A DNA stretch of 64,000 nucleotides from Thermoanaerobaculia bacterium (GTDB taxonomy: Bacteria > Acidobacteriota > Thermoanaerobaculia > UBA5066): contig CAVRAY010000001.1 in NCBI GenBank assembly GCA_963719225.1, positions 352,001-416,000 on the forward strand, written 5' to 3'. The notes below the pieces were generated by a model, which saw only the letters and a list, made by a program, of their open reading frames with translations, did not search any database and was not told where the DNA came from. The position numbers were made by a program, and so were the translations under genes. Positions 10,318 to 19,543 of this stretch are shown here, one piece after another. Position 1 is the stretch's first letter, and every line of letters starts with the position of its first letter.

Positions 10318-13205
10318 AGGGCTCGGAACGCTTTCGCGAGGCGCGGGATCTCTTCGTCGAGCTCGTCGACCTGCCTCCCGCCGGGCAGGAGGCGCGCCTC
10401 GAAGCGCTCGCGCGCCTGGATCCCGAGCTCGCCGTCGAGGTGCGCCTTCTCTTCGAAGCCGACGCGAATGCAGAGGGATTCCTGGAAGAGCCGGCGCCGG
10501 AGCGGCTCGCCGCGCTGGCGGGCGAGGGCACCGGGAACGAGGGACTCGAAGACGAGCCTGAGACCCCCCTTGGCGAGCGCATCGGTCCCTACCGGACCTT
10601 GCGGCTCCTGGGGCGCGGTGGCATGGGCGAGGTCTTTCTGGCCGAGCGCGCGGACGGACAGTTCGAGCAGCGCGTGGCCTTGAAGCTCGTCAAGCGCGGC
10701 ATGGACTCGCAGGAAATTCTCTCCCGGTTCCGGCGTGAACGTCAGATCCTGGCGCGCCTCTCGCACCCGAACATCGCACGGCTTTTCGACGGAGGGCTCG
10801 CGGACGACGGCCGGCCGTACTTCGCTCTCGAATGCATCGACGGAGAGCCGATCACCGCGTATTGCGCCCAGCGGGACCTCCCGATCGAGGAGCGCGTGCG
10901 CCTCGCGGTCGTCTGCTGCGACGCGGTCGAGGTGGCGCACCGGAGCCTCGTCGTCCACCGCGACCTCAAGCCGTCGAACGTCCTCGTGACGACGGACGGC
11001 GATGTGAAGCTTCTCGACTTCGGGATCGCGAAGCTGCTCGAAGCGGACGACTCCGACGCCACCGTCACCCGGCGCGACTTCCGCGCTCTCACGCCGGCCT
11101 ACGCCGCGCCCGAGCTGATCCTGGGAGAGCCCGCCACGACGGCAGCGGACGTCTATTCGCTCGGCGTCGTTCTCTACGAGCTCCTGACGGGGACTCTGCC
11201 CTTCGAGCGAAAGGGCGCCTCGGCACATCGGCTTGCCGCTCACCTCGACGACGAGCTCCTCGAGCGCCCGAGCGTGCGCGCCCGGCGCGTGCTCGCCGAT
11301 CGACGCGCCGCCGCGCGGCAGGCACGCCGCCTCGCGGGTGATCTCGACAACATCCTCCTCACCGCGCTCCGCCGCGAGCCGGAAAGGCGGTATCGATCCG
11401 CCGCCGCCCTCGGCGAGGACTTGAGAAGGCATCTGGCAGGGCTGCCGGTCCGGGCGCGGGCGGACACGTTCCCATATCGCGCCGGCAAGTTTCTCAAGCG
11501 GCATCGCGCGGGGGTCGCGGCGGCCGCGTTCGTGCTTCTCGCTCTCGTGGCGGGACTCGCAGGAACGAGCTGGCAGGCGCGCCGTGCCGAGGCGAGCGCG
11601 CGCGAGGCCTCCGCTCAGGCGCTGCGCGCGGCACGAGTCAAGGAGTTTCTCATCACGCTCTTCGAGATCGCGGACCCGGAGCAGGCGGCGGGCGACCGGA
11701 TCACCGCCCGGCAGATCCTCGACCAGGGAACGCGCCGGCTGAGGACCGAGCTGGCCGCCGAGCCAGCCATTCAGGCCGACCTCCTGGAGGCCGTGGCGCG
11801 AATCGACCGTAGCCTCGGATTGCTCGAGCCGGCCGCCCTTCTGGCGGAGGAGTCCTTGCGGCTCCGGCGCGGGCGCCTCGCTGGAAGCGATCCCGCCGTG
11901 GGGAGCAGCCTGGCGACGCTGGGCGCCATTCGGATGGGCCAGGGAAAGCTCGACGAGGCCGAGCGCCATCTCAAGGAAGCGCTCACGATTCTGACGGCAC
12001 GCGAGTCGTCGTCGAGCCTCACGCTCGCCCGCGCGAGAGGCGACTACGGCGAGATCCTGTTCTGGAAGGGCAAGGTGGAGGAATCGGAGAAGATCGAGCG
12101 CCAGGTCTACGAGACGTATCGTCAGGTGCTCGGAGCCGAGCACGTCCAGACGGCGATCCACCTCCGGAACCTGTGCGTCCTCCTGGAGGCCGTCGGCCGC
12201 CTGGACGAGGCCGAACAGGCGTGCCGCGACTCGCAAGGCGTCCTGGAGAGGCATCTCGGTCCCGACCATGCGAACCTCGGCCAGAGCTATCTGAACCTGG
12301 CGGTGCTTCTCGACCACCGGGGAAAATCAGGCGAGGCGGAAACCCTCTATCGGCGCGCGCTCGGCGTCCGGAAGGCCACGCTCGGACCGAACCACCCGGC
12401 GACGGGGCAGAGCCTGCAGCTCCTCGCCCTCTTCCTCTTGAAAGAAGGGCGTATCGACGAGTCGGAGACGACGTACCGCGAGGCACTGACGCTCTTCACG
12501 AGGATCGATCCGAAACACTTCGAGATCGCCAAGTGCCGGAACGGACTCGCGCTGATCGAGTCGCGCCGCGGCCACTTCACCGCGGCGGAAAGCATCCTTC
12601 GCGAAGTCGTCGCGTCGTTCCGCGAGTCGCTCGGCGAGAAGCACCCGTTCGTCTGGCAAGGGACCGGAAACATGGCCGAACAGATCGCCCTTCAGGGACG
12701 CCTCGCGGAGGCGGAACGGCTACAGCGGCAGGTTGTCGCGCACCTCGAGGAGATCACTGGAAAAGAGAGCGGCGAAACCGCGCAGGCGCTGGGGCGCCTC
12801 GGCGACACGCTGCGGCGGCGGGGGACCGCGGCCGAGGCGGTTCTCCTTTGTCGGCGGTCGCTCGAGATCCAGAAAAAGATACTCGGTCCCGATCATCTGG
12901 ACGTGGCCCTGGCGAGCTCTCAGCTCGGCGCCGCACTTGCGGGTCTCCCCGAGGAAGCCGGATATCGCGAGGCCGACGAGCTTCTGGAACGCTCCGCCGC
13001 CGTCTATCGCAAGCTGAAGCCGGACCACCCTCGACTGCCGGACGTCCTTCTCACGCAAGGCCGGCTCGCGGCGGCCCGCGGCGACAATGAGCGTGCCCGC
13101 TCGCTGACCGCCGAGGCCGCCTCACTCCTCGAGAAGCTCTACGGAAAAGGCGACCGCCGGGTGCGGGAGGCGCGCGCCCTGCTAGCGTCCCATCCCGCCA
13201 CCTGA
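10314..13205 (+). CDS. Ser/Thr protein kinase with TM segment and TPR array
   Basis: GRGGMGEV, VALK, HRDLKPSN, DFG, YAAPE and DVYSLG motifs, a TM helix and TPR repeats. ATGA overlap with the ECF gene. Confidence 0.93.
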   Translation: MKGSERFREARDLFVELVDLPPAGQEARLEALARLDPELAVEVRLLFEADANAEGFLEEPAPERLAALAGEGTGNEGLEDEPETPLGERIGPYRTLRLLGRGGMGEVFLAERADGQFEQRVALKLVKRGMDSQEILSRFRRERQILARLSHPNIARLFDGGLADDGRPYFALECIDGEPITAYCAQRDLPIEERVRLAVVCCDAVEVAHRSLVVHRDLKPSNVLVTTDGDVKLLDFGIAKLLEADDSDATVTRRDFRALTPAYAAPELILGEPATTAADVYSLGVVLYELLTGTLPFERKGASAHRLAAHLDDELLERPSVRARRVLADRRAAARQARRLAGDLDNILLTALRREPERRYRSAAALGEDLRRHLAGLPVRARADTFPYRAGKFLKRHRAGVAAAAFVLLALVAGLAGTSWQARRAEASAREASAQALRAARVKEFLITLFEIADPEQAAGDRITARQILDQGTRRLRTELAAEPAIQADLLEAVARIDRSLGLLEPAALLAEESLRLRRGRLAGSDPAVGSSLATLGAIRMGQGKLDEAERHLKEALTILTARESSSSLTLARARGDYGEILFWKGKVEESEKIERQVYETYRQVLGAEHVQTAIHLRNLCVLLEAVGRLDEAEQACRDSQGVLERHLGPDHANLGQSYLNLAVLLDHRGKSGEAETLYRRALGVRKATLGPNHPATGQSLQLLALFLLKEGRIDESETTYREALTLFTRIDPKHFEIAKCRNGLALIESRRGHFTAAESILREVVASFRESLGEKHPFVWQGTGNMAEQIALQGRLAEAERLQRQVVAHLEEITGKESGETAQALGRLGDTLRRRGTAAEAVLLCRRSLEIQKKILGPDHLDVALASSQLGAALAGLPEEAGYREADELLERSAAVYRKLKPDHPRLPDVLLTQGRLAAARGDNERARSLTAEAASLLEKLYGKGDRRVREARALLASHPAT

Positions 13206-13223
13206 CCCCTCGTCTACGTTCGC

Positions 13224-15083
13224 TTAGTTCGCGTGCGCTCGCAACGCGACGCCGGCGGCGACCACCAGGAGCAGACCGAGGAGCCCCAGCGCCCATGGCT
13301 GCAACGTTGGAACGTCCGTCGGCGCCGCACCGACCGGAATCACCGTGACGCTCGCCGACGCGGTGTCGCCCGCCCCGCCTTCGACCGAAGTCACGGCGCC
13401 GGAGACGTTGTTCTGCGTTCCCAGCGTCGTACCGGTCGCGTTCACGCCGAAGTTGCACGAGGCGCTCGCCGCGAGCGTCGCGCCCGCCAGGCTGACGGCA
13501 CCCGACCCGGCAATCGCCGTGATCGTGCCTCCACCGCAGCTCCCTGTGAGTCCGTTCGGAGTCGAGACGACGAGACCCGCCGGTAGCGTGTCGGTGAAGC
13601 CGACGCCGGTCAATGCCGTGGAAGAGTTGGGATTGTTGATCGTGAAGCTGAGCGAGGTCGACCCGTTCAGCACGACGGTCCCTCCGCCGAAAGACTTTGC
13701 GATCGTCGGCGGCGCGACAGCAGCCGCGACCGTCACGCTCGCCGAGGCCGTCCCGCCCGCACCGCCTTCGACCGAAGTCACCGCACCGGTCCCGTTGTTC
13801 TTCGTTCCCGTCGTGGTGCCGATCACGTTCACGCTGAAGGTACACGAGGCACTCGGCGCGAGCGTCGCGCCCGCCAGGCTGACGGCACCCGACCCTGCGG
13901 TCGCCGTGATCGTCCCGCCGCCGCAGCTGCCCGTGAGCCCGTTCGGGGTCGAGACGACGAGGCCCGCCGGCAACGTGTCGGTGAAACCGACGCCGGTCAA
14001 CGCCGTTGAAGCATTGGGGTTGTTGAGCGTGAAGCTGAGCGAGGTCGACCCGTTGAGCGGAATGCTCCCAGCACCGAAGGTCTTCGCGATCGTCGGCGGC
14101 GCGGTGGCGGCGCCGGTCGTGATGCGCCCGATCCGGTCGAGATTCTCTTCCGTGAACCACAGGTTGCCGTCGGGGCCGGCCGTGATGCCCTCCGGCCCGG
14201 CGGGGGCGGTGAGGCCGGCGCTGAACTCGGTGACGACTCCGGCCGGGGTGATGCGCCCGATCCGGTTGCCGCCTTCTTCCGTGAACCACAGGTTGCCGTC
14301 GGGGCCGGCAGTGATGCCGCGAAGCCCGGCGCCGGCTGTGATGCCAGCGCTGAATTCGGTGACGACTCCGGCCGGGGTAATGCGCCCGATCCGGTCGCTG
14401 CTGTTTTCCGTGAACCACAGGTTGCCATCGGGGCCGGCCGTGATGCCGTAGAGCCCCGCGTCGGCGGTGATGCCGGCGCTGAACTCGGTGACGACTCCGG
14501 CCGGGGTGATCCGCCCGATCCGGCTGACGTCGGCGCTTTCCGTGAACCACAGGTTGCCGTCGGGCCCTGCCGTTATGCCGAAAGGGGTCGAGCCGGGGCT
14601 AATGCCGGCGCTGAACTCGGTGACGACTCCGGCCGGCGTGATCCGTCCGATTCCGTCGGGATTGATTGTGAACCACAGGTTTCCATCCGGTCCGGACGTG
14701 ATGGAGCAATTTGGGTTGCCGGAGAGGCCGGCCGTGACCTCGGTGATGACGCCGAGGGGGGTGATCCGCCCGATCCGGTTGCCGCTCTCCGTGAACCACA
14801 GGTTCCCGTCGGGGCCGGCCGTGATGCCGCAAGGCGCCACGAAGCCGGCAGGGGTGAACTCGGTGACGACGCCGAGCGGAGTGATCCGCCCGATCAGGTT
14901 GCCGCCTTCTTCCGCGAACCACAGGTTGCCGTCGGGGCCGGCGGTGATTCCGAAAGGCGACGCGAACGGGCTGATGCCGGCGCTGAACTCGGTGATGACC
15001 TGGGCGTGAGCCGTACCGCTGAAAAGCCCGAGCAGGGCGAGAAACGCCGCCGTCGGCGCAGAGAGTCTGAGAAGACGCTGCAC
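13224..15083 (-). CDS. Surface protein: Vgb-like beta-propeller, two Ig-like repeats and an IPTL-CTERM-like sorting tail
   Basis: GTG start after AAGGAGG, signal peptide, 7 'GIT(A/S)GPDGNLWF'-type repeats, two near-identical 'PPTIAK.F...' domains and C-terminal 'VPTLQPWALGLLGLLL...LR'. Confidence 0.85.
   Translation of the reverse strand: MQRLLRLSAPTAAFLALLGLFSGTAHAQVITEFSAGISPFASPFGITAGPDGNLWFAEEGGNLIGRITPLGVVTEFTPAGFVAPCGITAGPDGNLWFTESGNRIGRITPLGVITEVTAGLSGNPNCSITSGPDGNLWFTINPDGIGRITPAGVVTEFSAGISPGSTPFGITAGPDGNLWFTESADVSRIGRITPAGVVTEFSAGITADAGLYGITAGPDGNLWFTENSSDRIGRITPAGVVTEFSAGITAGAGLRGITAGPDGNLWFTEEGGNRIGRITPAGVVTEFSAGLTAPAGPEGITAGPDGNLWFTEENLDRIGRITTGAATAPPTIAKTFGAGSIPLNGSTSLSFTLNNPNASTALTGVGFTDTLPAGLVVSTPNGLTGSCGGGTITATAGSGAVSLAGATLAPSASCTFSVNVIGTTTGTKNNGTGAVTSVEGGAGGTASASVTVAAAVAPPTIAKSFGGGTVVLNGSTSLSFTINNPNSSTALTGVGFTDTLPAGLVVSTPNGLTGSCGGGTITAIAGSGAVSLAGATLAASASCNFGVNATGTTLGTQNNVSGAVTSVEGGAGDTASASVTVIPVGAAPTDVPTLQPWALGLLGLLLVVAAGVALRAHAN
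13345..14100 (-). repeat. Tandem duplication of a ~125-aa coding domain
   Basis: Two near-identical copies of 'LNGSTSLSFT.NNPN.STALTGVGFTDTLPAGLVVSTPNGLTGSCGGGTITA', also visible at DNA level. Boundaries approximate. Confidence 0.85.
14120..15000 (-). repeat. Seven ~126-bp coding repeats (propeller blades)
   Basis: Recurring 'gtgaaccacaggttgccgtcggggcc' units. Boundaries approximate. Confidence 0.85.
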
Positions 15084-15233
15084 GATTGTCCTCCTTACCT
15101 CGGGGCTCGGCACTCCGGGCCTGAATAGGTAATCGACGAATTCGAGGAAAAGGGGACAACCCTTATCCGGAAAGCCGAGGTCAGTCCGCGAGCCTCCATG
15201 ACGCGCCGCGCGGCGCTGATATCCTCCGCGCGG

Positions 15234-15836
15234 ATGAAGGTCGCGTTCATCGGCACCCACGGCGTCGGGAAAACCACCCTCTGCTACGACCTCGCGGCAG
15301 CCCTGAAGAAGAGGGACCTGACCGTGGAGCTCGTCCGGGAGGTCGCGCGGGAGTGCCCGCTGCCCATCAACCGGGAGACGACGCTCAAGGCGCAGGCGTG
15401 GATCCTCCACACGCAGATCGCCTGGGAGCTGCAGGCCGAGGCGAAGGCGGACGTCGTGTTCTGCGACCGCGCCGTCCTCGACAACTTCTGCTACATGCGG
15501 CGGGCTTTCACGGGCGCCCCCTCCGAGGGCGTCCTCGAGGAGCTCGTGCGAAGCTGGACGAAGACGTACGACGTGCTTTTCAAGGTCCCGATCGTCGGCG
15601 ATCCGCGCTTCGACGGTGTGCGGGACATGGACCTGAAGTTCCAGCGGGAGATCGACGGCTCGATCGGCCAGACTCTTGCCGTCTGGGGCGTTCCGCACAT
15701 TCCACTCGATCCGGCCCGGCGCGGCGAATGGGGAGCGCTCGTCCTCGGGGTACTACTTCCGCGCCTTCGACCACAGGAGCTGCTCTTCCCCGAGCCGGGA
15801 GAGCGCCTCGCCACCACGGGAGCTGCCGATGCCTGA
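15234..15836 (+). CDS. P-loop NTPase/kinase (AAA_28/NadR-C-like)
   Basis: 'MKVAFIGTHGVGKTT', 'EVAR', 'FCDRAVLDNFCY', 'YDVLF', 'DGVRD'. Confidence 0.8.
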   Translation: MKVAFIGTHGVGKTTLCYDLAAALKKRDLTVELVREVARECPLPINRETTLKAQAWILHTQIAWELQAEAKADVVFCDRAVLDNFCYMRRAFTGAPSEGVLEELVRSWTKTYDVLFKVPIVGDPRFDGVRDMDLKFQREIDGSIGQTLAVWGVPHIPLDPARRGEWGALVLGVLLPRLRPQELLFPEPGERLATTGAADA

Positions 15837-16763
15837 AACGACGTCCCTCGGCGTGAACGAACGCGCCCGCAATCTCGAAACGCTCGCGTCCACGCCCGCC
15901 GCCCTCAAGGCTGCCCTTCGCGGCGTCCCCGCAAGCTTCTTCTCTTCGCGCCGGCGCCGGGCAAGTGGTCGATCCTCGAGATCCTGTGCCACCTGCGCGA
16001 CATGGAGCGCGAGGGATATCTCGAGAGATACACGCGCATCCTCGCCGAGAACGAGCCGCGCCTTCCCGACCTGAACGGCGACGCGCTCGCGATCGAGCGG
16101 GACTACCGGGCGCAGAAGGCGGGAGACGTCCTGCGCGACTGGATGCGCCTGCGCCGCGAGAGTCTCCGGCTCCTGAAGAAGTCGAAGCCCGAGCAGTGGC
16201 GGCGCGCCGGCATTCACGAGACGGCGGGCCGGCTCACGATCGACGACCTCGTCGTCCGGCACGCGGTCGGGAACGACACGGCTCACCTGGCCCAGATCGA
16301 CGCGATCAAGCGCCGGGCGGCGATCCTCGGACGGCTCTCCGCCGCTCCCGCGGCGCTCGCGGAAGCCCTCAAGGGCGTGGCGGACGACGTCGTCCGGCGC
16401 CGCCCGCCGACGGGAAAGTGGTCGATGGTCGAGAACGCGGCGCACATCCGGGACATCGAGCGTGTCTACCAGGAGCGGTTCTCGAAGATGGCGTTCTCAG
16501 ACCGTCCGGCGTTCTGGATGCTGGACAACGACCGCGCCGCGGCGCAGCTGAAATACGGAGAGTCCGATCCGGGGACCGTCCTGAAGGAGTTTCGGCGGCT
16601 CAGGGAGGACACGCTCCTCCTCCTGCGCGCGCTGCCCGATACGGCGTGGCGGCGCACAGGACTGCACCCGAAGCGCGGCGAGCTGACGGTCGAGCAGCTC
16701 GCGGAGGTGCTCGCGAGCCACGACGACAGCCACATTGGAAGGATCCGCGAGCAAAAAGGATAA
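15829..16763 (+). CDS. Tandem DinB-family protein (one apparent frameshift near 15935-15950)
   Basis: N-terminus 'MPETTSLG...LASTPAALKAALRG' lies in a different frame from 'PAPGKWSILEILCHLRDME'. Second DinB repeat: 'GKWSMVENAAHIRD...HDDSHI'. Confidence 0.8.
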
Positions 16764-16771
16764 GGTCGCCC

Positions 16772-16801
16772 TTGACATATCAATATTAGTTGATATATAT
16801 T
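16772..16801 (+). promoter_or_regulatory. Sigma70 promoter overlapped by an ArsR-type operator
   Basis: TTGACA at 16772-16777 and TATATT at 16796-16801. Palindrome ATATCAA-N6-TTGATAT at 16777-16796. Confidence 0.8.
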
Positions 16802-16807
16802 GCCGCC

Positions 16808-17202
16808 ATGGCAGGACCAGCCATCCCGGCTAGGAGATTCCGAGAAAGACTTGATGTGGGACGCCTTGCGCGGCTGTTCCATGCGCTTTCGGACGAGACA
16901 CGGCTGAAGATCGTCGAGCGGCTGCTTAGCGGTGAGCAGTGCGTCTGCAACCTCATGGAACCACTAGGTTTAGGGCAATCTCATCTGTCGTTTCACATGA
17001 AGACCCTGAAAGACGCCGGGCTTGTGACCGATCGCCGAGCCGGTCGTTGGATCCACTATTCACTCAAGCCGGGAACCCTCGAGGAGATTCAGGAGTTCCT
17101 CGGGACGGTCGGGAAAAGGCCGCCCAGCTGGAGGCGGCACGGTGCTGCGAGAAGGATAAGAAAGAGTCGCCGGGACAGCTTTATGGTTTCTCTATCTTCT
17201 AA
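16808..17202 (+). CDS. arsR: ArsR/SmtB repressor (apparent frameshift near 17110)
   Basis: 'LFHALSDETRLKIV...EQCVCNL...QSHLSFHMKTLKDAGLV...GRWIHYSL'. An alternative frame supplies the C-terminal 'AARCC' vicinal Cys pair. Confidence 0.85.
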
Positions 17203-17203
17203 G

Positions 17204-17221
17204 AATCAAAAAATCTTGATT
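17204..17221 (+). promoter_or_regulatory. Second ArsR-type operator upstream of arsM
   Basis: AATCAA-N6-TTGATT, with the same ATCAA-N6-TTGAT core as the operator at 16777-16796. Confidence 0.7.
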
Positions 17222-17235
17222 GAATGGAGCCTGCC

Positions 17236-18059
17236 ATGTCAGAAACGAACCTGAAGGACATCGTGAAGGAGAAATACGGCGAGGCCGCCAAGCGCGCGTC
17301 GACGGGCGGCAGCGCTTGCTGTGGAGGGGCTTCCGCGATCGCCGGGGCGAAGGATCCCATCACGTCGAATCTCTACGGCGCCAACGAGACGCTCGGCCTT
17401 CCCTCCGCGGCGGTCTCGGCTTCTCTCGGCTGCGGCAATCCGACGGCGCTCGCCGAGCTCCATGAAGGCGAAACGGTCCTCGACCTCGGCTCGGGCGGCG
17501 GCATCGACGTCCTGCTGTCGTCGCGGCGCGTCGGACCCGCGGGGAAGGTCTACGGCCTCGACATGACGGACGAGATGCTCGCGCTCGCGCGGGAGAACCA
17601 GGGGGGCGCGCGCGTCACGAACGTGGAGTTCCTGAAGGGCGAGCTCGAGAACATTCCCCTTCCCGACGGGAGCGTCGACGTCATCATCTCGAACTGCGTC
17701 ATCAACCTCTCGGCCGACAAGGACCGCGCCCTGTCCGAGGCGTTCCGCGTCCTGAGGCCGGGCGGCCGGTTCGCGGTCTCCGACGTCGTCGTACGCGGCG
17801 CGGTCCCCGTGGAGGTGCGCCGCGAGCGTCGAGCTCTGGATCGGCTGCCTCGCCGGCGCACTCGAGGAGAAGGAGTTCGACGCCAAGCTGACGAAGGCCG
17901 GATTCGACCGGCGTCGAGATCGTCCCGACGCGCGTCTACGACGTCGACGACGCGCGCGACTTCCTCGCGGCGGCCGGAATCGATGCGGACGCGCTCGCTC
18001 CCCAGGTGGACGGGAAGTTCATGAGCGCGTTCGTGAGGGCCACGAAGCCGGCTGCCTGA
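17236..18059 (+). CDS. arsM: Arsenite S-adenosylmethionine methyltransferase (two apparent +1 frameshifts, ~17824 and ~17909)
   Basis: 'SACCG', 'SLGCGNP', 'LDLGSGGGID', 'ISNCVINL'. 'LWIGCLAGAL' and 'FMSAFVRATKP*' continue in shifted frames. Confidence 0.9.
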
Positions 18060-18068
18060 GGCCGAGCC

Positions 18069-19136
18069 ATGGGAACCTTCGAGCGCTTCCTCTCGCTCTG
18101 GGTCGCCCTCTGCATGGCGGCGGGCGTCGCGCTGGGCACGCTGTTTCCGGGCGCAGTTGCCGCGCTGCGCGGGCTGGAGCTCGGCGAGGGAAGCCACGTG
18201 AACGCGGCGATCATGGTCCTGATCTGGCTCATGGTCGCGCCGATGATGGCGAGGATCGACTTTCCGGCCATTCGCAACATCGGGCGGGAGCCGCGCGGGC
18301 TCGCCGTCACGCTCTTCGTGAACTGGCTCGTGAAGCCGTTTTCGATGGCCTTCCTCGCCTGGCTCTTCTTCCGGCACGCCTTTGCCGCGTGGATCGCCCC
18401 CGCGGTGGCGGATCAGTACATCGCCGGAACGATCATTCTCGCCGCAGCGCCCTGCACGGCGATGGTCTTCGTCTGGAGCGCGCTCACGCGCGGCGACCCG
18501 GCGTACACCCTCGTCCAGGTGGCCCTGAACGACCTCGTGATGCTCGTGCTGTTCGTCCCGATCGTGCGCTTCCTCGTGCGCGGGGCGTCTTCTCTCGAAG
18601 TCCCGATGCGCGTGCTCGTCACGTCCGTCGTCGCGTTTCTCGTCGTCCCGCTCGCCGTCGGAATCGTGTTACGTGCGTGGGCCATCGCGCGGCGCGGAAA
18701 GGTCTGGCTCGAAGGCACGCTGCTGCCCCGGCTCGCGCCGGTCACGGTCGCCGCGCTCCTCCTGACGCTCGTCGCCATCTTCGCGTTCCAGGCGGACAAC
18801 GTGCTGGGGAAGCCTCTTCACGTCGTCCTCATCGCGGTTCCCATCCTGCTGCAGGTCTACTTCAACTCGGCCCTCGCCTACGGTCTCATGAAGGCGGCCG
18901 GCGTCAGGCATGCGATCGCGGCCCCGGGCGCGCTCATCGGCGCAAGCAACTTCTTCGAGCTCGCCGTGGCCACCTCGATCGCGCTTTTCGGGCCCGAGTC
19001 GGGAGCCGCTCTCGCAACCACCGTCGGTGTTCTCGTCGAGGTGCCCGTCATGCTCTCCGTCTGCGCCGCGTGCAACCGCACGCGCGCCTGGTTTCCGGCT
19101 CCCGGCATGGCCCATGCGGCCGGAGGCCCCCTGTGA
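18069..19136 (+). CDS. acr3: Arsenite efflux transporter Acr3
   Basis: 'FERFLSLWVALC', 'NWLVKPFSM', 'APCTAMVFVWS', 'GASNFFELAVA', 'GVLVEVPVML'. Confidence 0.95.
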   Translation: MGTFERFLSLWVALCMAAGVALGTLFPGAVAALRGLELGEGSHVNAAIMVLIWLMVAPMMARIDFPAIRNIGREPRGLAVTLFVNWLVKPFSMAFLAWLFFRHAFAAWIAPAVADQYIAGTIILAAAPCTAMVFVWSALTRGDPAYTLVQVALNDLVMLVLFVPIVRFLVRGASSLEVPMRVLVTSVVAFLVVPLAVGIVLRAWAIARRGKVWLEGTLLPRLAPVTVAALLLTLVAIFAFQADNVLGKPLHVVLIAVPILLQVYFNSALAYGLMKAAGVRHAIAAPGALIGASNFFELAVATSIALFGPESGAALATTVGVLVEVPVMLSVCAACNRTRAWFPAPGMAHAAGGPL

Positions 19137-19543
19137 AAGCCCGAGGACTCCTCTTCCTGTGCGTCGCGAACTCGGCTCGAAGCCAGATCGCCGAGGGACT
19201 CGCCCGCGCGCGCTTCGGGGACGCGGTGCGCGTCCAGAGCGCCGGCTCGGACGCCGCGGGCGTGAACCCGCTCGCGGTGAAGGTCCTGGCGGAGCTCGGC
19301 ATCGACATCTCCTCACAGGCCTCCAAGACCGTCGATACGATCGATCCCGCGACCGTCGACACGGTCGTCACCCTCTGCGCCGAGGAGGTCTGCCCGGTCT
19401 TCCTCTCGAAGGCGCGGCACCTCCACTGGCCTCTTCCGGACCCGACGGCCGGAGGCGGAACGGAGGAGGAGCAGCTGGAGCGTTTCCGCCGGACGCGGGA
19501 CGAGTTGAAGCTCCGAATCGACTCGTTCGCGATTCTTACTTGA
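19133..19543 (+). CDS. arsC: Arsenate reductase, LMW-PTP/thioredoxin type
   Basis: GTG start overlapping the acr3 stop; 'LFLCVANSARSQIAE', 'TLCAEEVCP', 'HWPLPDP'. Confidence 0.92.
   Translation: MKARGLLFLCVANSARSQIAEGLARARFGDAVRVQSAGSDAAGVNPLAVKVLAELGIDISSQASKTVDTIDPATVDTVVTLCAEEVCPVFLSKARHLHWPLPDPTAGGGTEEEQLERFRRTRDELKLRIDSFAILT

Noticed and set aside
14120-15000. Regularly spaced repeats resembling a CRISPR array
   Set aside because: They are in-frame beta-propeller repeats with synonymous variation and no unique spacers, and no cas genes are present.
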